Below, piece by piece: positions 59,590 through 64,000 of a stretch of 64,000 bases of DNA; position 1 is the first letter of the stretch, and each line of letters starts with the position of its first letter. Source of the stretch: an uncultured archaeon. GTDB lineage: Archaea > Thermoproteota > EX4484-205 > JAAOZP01. The DNA lies in contig CALIBN010000017.1 of assembly GCA_938045545.1 (NCBI GenBank), positions 64,519 through 128,518 of the forward strand. Direction: 5' to 3'. The translations under genes and the position numbers were made by a program. Under the pieces are notes generated by a model. The model saw only the letters and a list, made by a program, of their open reading frames with translations. It did not search any database and was not told the DNA's origin.

Positions 59590-62433
59590 AGGAGCCCGCA
59601 GTTGGAGACGTTGTCCTCGAGCTCGTTAAAGATGGCAGGGTCGTCGCAGGGGTGAGGGTTTCACTCGTGCTTAAGGCGACGATGTTCTGGAAGGGCTTCT
59701 GGGATGGTCTGGCAACGAAGCTCCCCGGAATATAGATCACCGCTGGCGTAATGATCGCCATGGGCTTCTTGATTCCCCACGCCTACATTAGACCAGCGTA
59801 CTATCTCCTTTTGGGCCTAGGAGTGCTATCGAACATACTTGAAGTAACTTCGGACATCGCAGAAGCCAATAGGGCCAAGCCGAGATGCTTGCCTTAGCTG
59901 AGGCCTTCGAGAACCGTTCGAAGGAATTTACAGCTAGAGGCGAGGCTGAACATGCTGCCGAAAGCGTGGGCTTTGCGCTCACGTTAAGGAGAGAGGTTAA
60001 CGAGACGATGAACAATCTATTGCTGAACGTTATCTCAGACCTCACCATAGCGATAAGCTTTGATGAGATAAGGATAGCCCTTGGATTGAAGGAGCCCCTA
60101 GCCAGAGACGAGTTTGAGAGACAATATAAGATAGGTTATGCTAGGGGGAGGGTTACTGGCACAGTCATTTCGTGCATGCTTTACGTAACCCTGCTGGTAA
60201 TGGTTAATAGGATAAAGGTTGAGAGGATTGGTCAACGCTTAACAGCTGGCCAAGTCCTCAAGCTGATGGCGAGGGGATTTACAATTGGATAACTCCAGCG
60301 GTATGGGACGCCGCCGTCCTGATGTGGGGAAAGATAAAGGGCTTCACTAGCAACGTCATTGACCTGCTCTTAGGGAATAAGTATAGCAGGAGGTTTGGGG
60401 AAGCGGTTGGAAGCCTGCTCCAGAACGCGAGGGGAGAGCTGCCTAAGATTAAGGATACGCTGGACATTTCCTCAGGAATCTCGAAAAATGTCTTAGAGAA
60501 CGTTCCGAGCAGGGAGAGCTCAAAGAAGATACTCGACGCCATAGGGGGGCATTGTTGAACGGTATTCCCTGGAGGAGCTGAAGGAGAAAGGTGGAACGAT
60601 GGCGAGAAGCATAGTATCGATGTGGATCAAAGATGGTGACGAGACGATAGACAATCTGAACGATTGGTTAAACGGAAATCCCGATAAGATAAGGGCATTT
60701 ATAGACGAGATACTGTTAGCAATAAAGGGGGATGCCACAAAAGATGTCGGATTAAAGATAGGGGACATCGCCGCCAATTACTTCGATATTAAGAGCAAAT
60801 ATAGCGAAGAGGCTGCAAAAGCTTTCCTCAATCTCATCTTGAAAAGTCCTGAAGAGCTGGAGAGCATATTGAAATCTCTTAAATGCAAAATCTTCACGAA
60901 GACACATGTGTCACATTAAAGAGGGAGGAAGCATATATGATAGTATTAGGCGAAAGATTCGAGAAAAGAGTCTACATCGCAAGAGTTTACTGGCAGCACG
61001 GAGATAAGAGCAGCATCATAGAGTTTCCAATTTCGACTAGGGGCTCAAACGTGATTGCCATACCGGCAGATAAGGCCGATGAGATCCTAGACGCGATAGG
61101 CAGCAATGAGGCAAGGGTGGAGATGACCAAGATCGTCATGATGGATTATAGGCTCTCCTTCGTATCAAGCTTTTGGAACGGCCAGATAGAGCTAGACCTC
61201 TTCAATAACGAGATAATGCTGGGCAGAGAGCGATACAAGTGCTCAGTAGAAGCTGGTCACGGCAAAGAAGGGATCTTTGTCGAAGTAACCGTGGGGTCTA
61301 GAAATACGCAAGGGAAATCCCTTGTCCTGGTCTTCCACAGTAATGGCAAAGTAGCTGTGTTACACGCCGGGCATAAGTTTCCTCTTGAAAGCATTGAGAT
61401 AGATGCTGAGCACAACGCGGTGAAGGTGACTTATGAAATGGAGGGACAGAAACAGGAGTGCGTATACAGCCTTTGGTCTGGAATTGAGGAGGTAGTAGTA
61501 GACGGAAAGAAGATCAGAAAGCTGGTTAACATAGATAAACGGCTCCAGTGGGAGGAGAAGGTAGGGGAGAGGACAGCTATTGGCCTGAAACAGAACCTCC
61601 TCATATTATTAGGTTATGAAGCCTATGGGATCGTGAAGGAGGAGATAGGAAAGAATTATTTCATCGTCGTGGAGTATGATAACGGCAAGATAGCGAGTAC
61701 CAAAGATGAAAGCATTGCCATCAAAGTGCCTGAGGGCGCTAAAGAGACGAAAGCGATATACGTATTCTCACTAGAGATATCTCCAGTAGAAGGACATCCA
61801 ACTTTACCAGAGGTAATAAAGAAGAAAGTAATAAATGCTCTCAGGAGGGTGATAAAGCATCTCGCTGAAGGAAGCCTAAGAGCAGCAGCCGTTCCACTAT
61901 GGACCGCCGGAGAGTATGCTGTACATGTGAAGAGTAGTGACAGCATTCTCAATAAGCTCGGGAAAGCGCTGAATATCCCGGAGAATGAGCTCGAGGCATT
62001 CAAGAACGCAGTGAATGTCGAATAGCATGGAGAGCTTAATCCAGATAAGGGAAGCGCCGATATAATAATTAAGGCTAAGAGGGATATAACTATAAAGGGA
62101 AGGATATTCAAATCCAATGATGTTATCGCGATAGTTGGGGTTAAAAGCACTGTTCGAATAGGTGTAGATGCATTTCCAAATGCATTCAAAGAAATGTATG
62201 ATGATGCTGTAAAAGGTCTCAGGGATCACATTAAGAACTATGGAACCGCAACGTATGGTGTTATAGTTATCCTCGGCTACAATCCCGAGATGATGCTTTG
62301 GAGTATGCATATGAAGGATGAGCCGTTCTTCCCCGTCGAGATTCTTACTAAAGAAGGGATCTATGAGAATCCTTACATAGAGGTACTTCCAAGGGAGAAA
62401 ATACTACCTCCTCAAGTAGGTCAAGGAAGCTGA
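59590..62433 (+). pseudogene. 5'-truncated large membrane-associated protein with a C-terminal PD-(D/E)xK-like nuclease domain (toxin locus B)
   Basis: ORFs 59885-60292, 60322-60558, 60599-60919, 60883-62025 and 62194-62433 join into one reading through frameshifts (near 59879, 60273-6, 60544-9, near 60890) and TAG stops (59733, 62023). Motifs AGEY...ADIII...IVGVKST; paralog of 6943-8460. Confidence 0.7.
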
Positions 62434-62474
62434 GGAGACGAGTAGGCTTAAAAGGCTCGAATCCGCAATTGTTA

Positions 62475-63236
62475 ATGGAAATGATAGACCCTGGGCTCGA
62501 GAGGCGCTTCGTGAGCTCGATAGAGTACCTTCGCAGGATGAATTTCTTTAAAGAGTACTTCGACTTGACCTCCGAGGAGATATTCGAAAAGATCTTGAAT
62601 GGTGAAATAGATTATGAGACCAAATGGTTTGCAGAGAAATAGTCTGAGGGGGAACGGAAGTGGGAGAGGGAGTTACTGAAAAAGACGCTGGGAGCAGGAG
62701 CCCACGGACAATTTTTGAAGGAATCGCTTGAGAGTGGCACAGAATATTGGATGAAGGTCAGTGGGTATGAGGTAGACGTTGAAGTGGCGCGCTTTGATAT
62801 CCATAGGGTCTTCCTCGAAGATCCGGAGACCGTCATAAGGGACGGAATATGTGAAGCAATAGTGGAGAAGCTTGCAAGAGTCTCAAGGGGCTTTTTCAGC
62901 CCGACGGATGTTAAGGGAGAAATGCTGGACTGGATGGGTGAGCCGCCGCCGGAGCTAAAGGAGGAGTTAAAGGGATGCATCTCCCCACAGGGGTGTATCT
63001 TCAAGGTGGACTTCAAGTTTAGGGGAAAGGAATATGCAGCGGAGTTTTACAGCAATGCGGATTACCTCCGCATGGACTCATTCGTGAGGAAGATAAACGA
63101 TCTCATAAAGGATACCGGATATCAATACTATTGGCCTCGCTATTTACATATAGAGTACTTAGTCTACATGGTATTTTCGGAGGATGAAGCGAGGAAATTG
63201 GAGAAAGAAAGAGGCTGGAAGCTCTCTTTGCACTAG
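62475..63236 (+). pseudogene. Putative immunity gene of toxin locus B (in-frame TAG at 62640)
   Basis: MEMIDPGLERRFVSSIEYLRRMNFF...WFAEK*SEG... continues in frame into ORF 62715-63236 (LARVSRGFFSP...KINDLIKDTGYQYY...KLEKERGW); starts 42 nt after the toxin stop. Confidence 0.62.
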
Positions 63237-63302
63237 TTAGCACTATCTCAAAATTTTTGTAGAAACTTTCATATAGGATTTCATTCTTGCCTGCATTAAG
63301 AA

Positions 63303-63437
63303 ATGAAAACGGAAGTTAAAGAACTAATAACCTGTCCCAGCTGTCAGAGGCGAATATCAAGCGATTCCAAATTCTGCAATTATTGTGGGACGAGCGTGAC
63401 GAAAGTTGAAATGCCTCCGCCACCTGGGTTGGAGTGA
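63303..63437 (+). CDS. Small zinc-ribbon protein (44 aa)
   Basis: MKTEVKELITCPSCQRRISSDSKFCNYCGTSV...; below the ORF-track length cutoff. Confidence 0.6.
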   Translation: MKTEVKELITCPSCQRRISSDSKFCNYCGTSVTKVEMPPPPGLE

Positions 63438-63625
63438 AAGAAGCCTCAGCACCTCTAACAACTGCTAAAAAACTTTTAATTTTGATATGCATATTTGGAA
63501 GCATCATTAGCACCCTGTCTCGATGCCCGCCCTTAATGATTATTATCAACGGAATTAGTTTTACAATATACAGCTATTAAAAAAGAGAGCCTTAAACTGG
63601 CTTCGAGTCGTTGTAGAATAGGGGC

Positions 63626-64000
63626 TTACCTTACTCCTTTTGTTAAAGCATCTCGAACCCTCTTCCCGGCCTCTTCCAAAGCTTCGCCAATTTTCCCATA
63701 CGGTAATGAGCCTATTGCAATCTTCTGGTCTCCGCCACCCTTAACGCCGAAAACATTACACAGCTCTCTTAGTATTTGCGCCGCGCTAATCCTCTCATCG
63801 CCACTTCCTATTAAGATATTGCATGTTCCAGACCACTCCAAGCCGACGACGTAAATGGAACGATTTTCATCTATGAGTTCTCCAACGATCTTCATAACGG
63901 TCTTGGTGTCGACCCCCTTGAGAAATGCCCTGTAAAGTTTCGCGCCCTGAAGGGATTCTTCCAAGGGGATTTTCTTAACAACGTCTTCCGTAACAGTTGA
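63626..64000 (-). CDS. C-terminal DHHA1 domain (AlaRS / alanyl-tRNA editing protein-like), 5' part outside the window
   Basis: SAAQILRELCNVFGVKGGGDQKIAIG matches the DHHA1 GxGGG motif. Confidence 0.7.
   Translation of the reverse strand, partial: STVTEDVVKKIPLEESLQGAKLYRAFLKGVDTKTVMKIVGELIDENRSIYVVGLEWSGTCNILIGSGDERISAAQILRELCNVFGVKGGGDQKIAIGSLPYGKIGEALEEAGKRVRDALTKGVR

Overview
This window comes from an archaeal chromosome. A TACK lineage (Bathyarchaeia/Brockarchaeia-like anaerobe) is inferred from the crenarchaeal-type SSB, NreA, PurP pair, isopentenyl phosphate kinase, HdrA-MvhD fusion and a tRNA with a non-canonical intron. Most genes are intact housekeeping or metabolic genes: an AOR operon divergent from polyferredoxin plus hdrA-mvhD, tldD/pmbA, two purP, hppA, a P-type ATPase, metG/valS/cysS, nreA, hypFCDE, pfkA, GGPP synthase/IPK, ino1, ssb and thiI. 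Between them lie many decayed accessory genes. The most notable signal is not visible in the ORF track. Two loci about 52 kb apart (6247-8460 on -, 59590-63236 on +) reconstruct, across frameshifts and in-frame stops, into paralogous large proteins. Each has a C-terminal PD-(D/E)xK-like nuclease domain and is followed directly by a different, apparently unrelated gene. This looks like an archaeal polymorphic toxin-immunity system, now pseudogenised. Other oddities are a Thr-type sulfatase-fold enzyme, a GNAT fused to a degenerate M50 protease, bacterial-type MetRS and ATP-PfkA, three stand-alone Lrp/AsnC ligand-binding proteins, and tRNA-Arg(UCG) with an 18-nt intron at position 29/30. All family calls come from motif recognition by eye; no searches were run.
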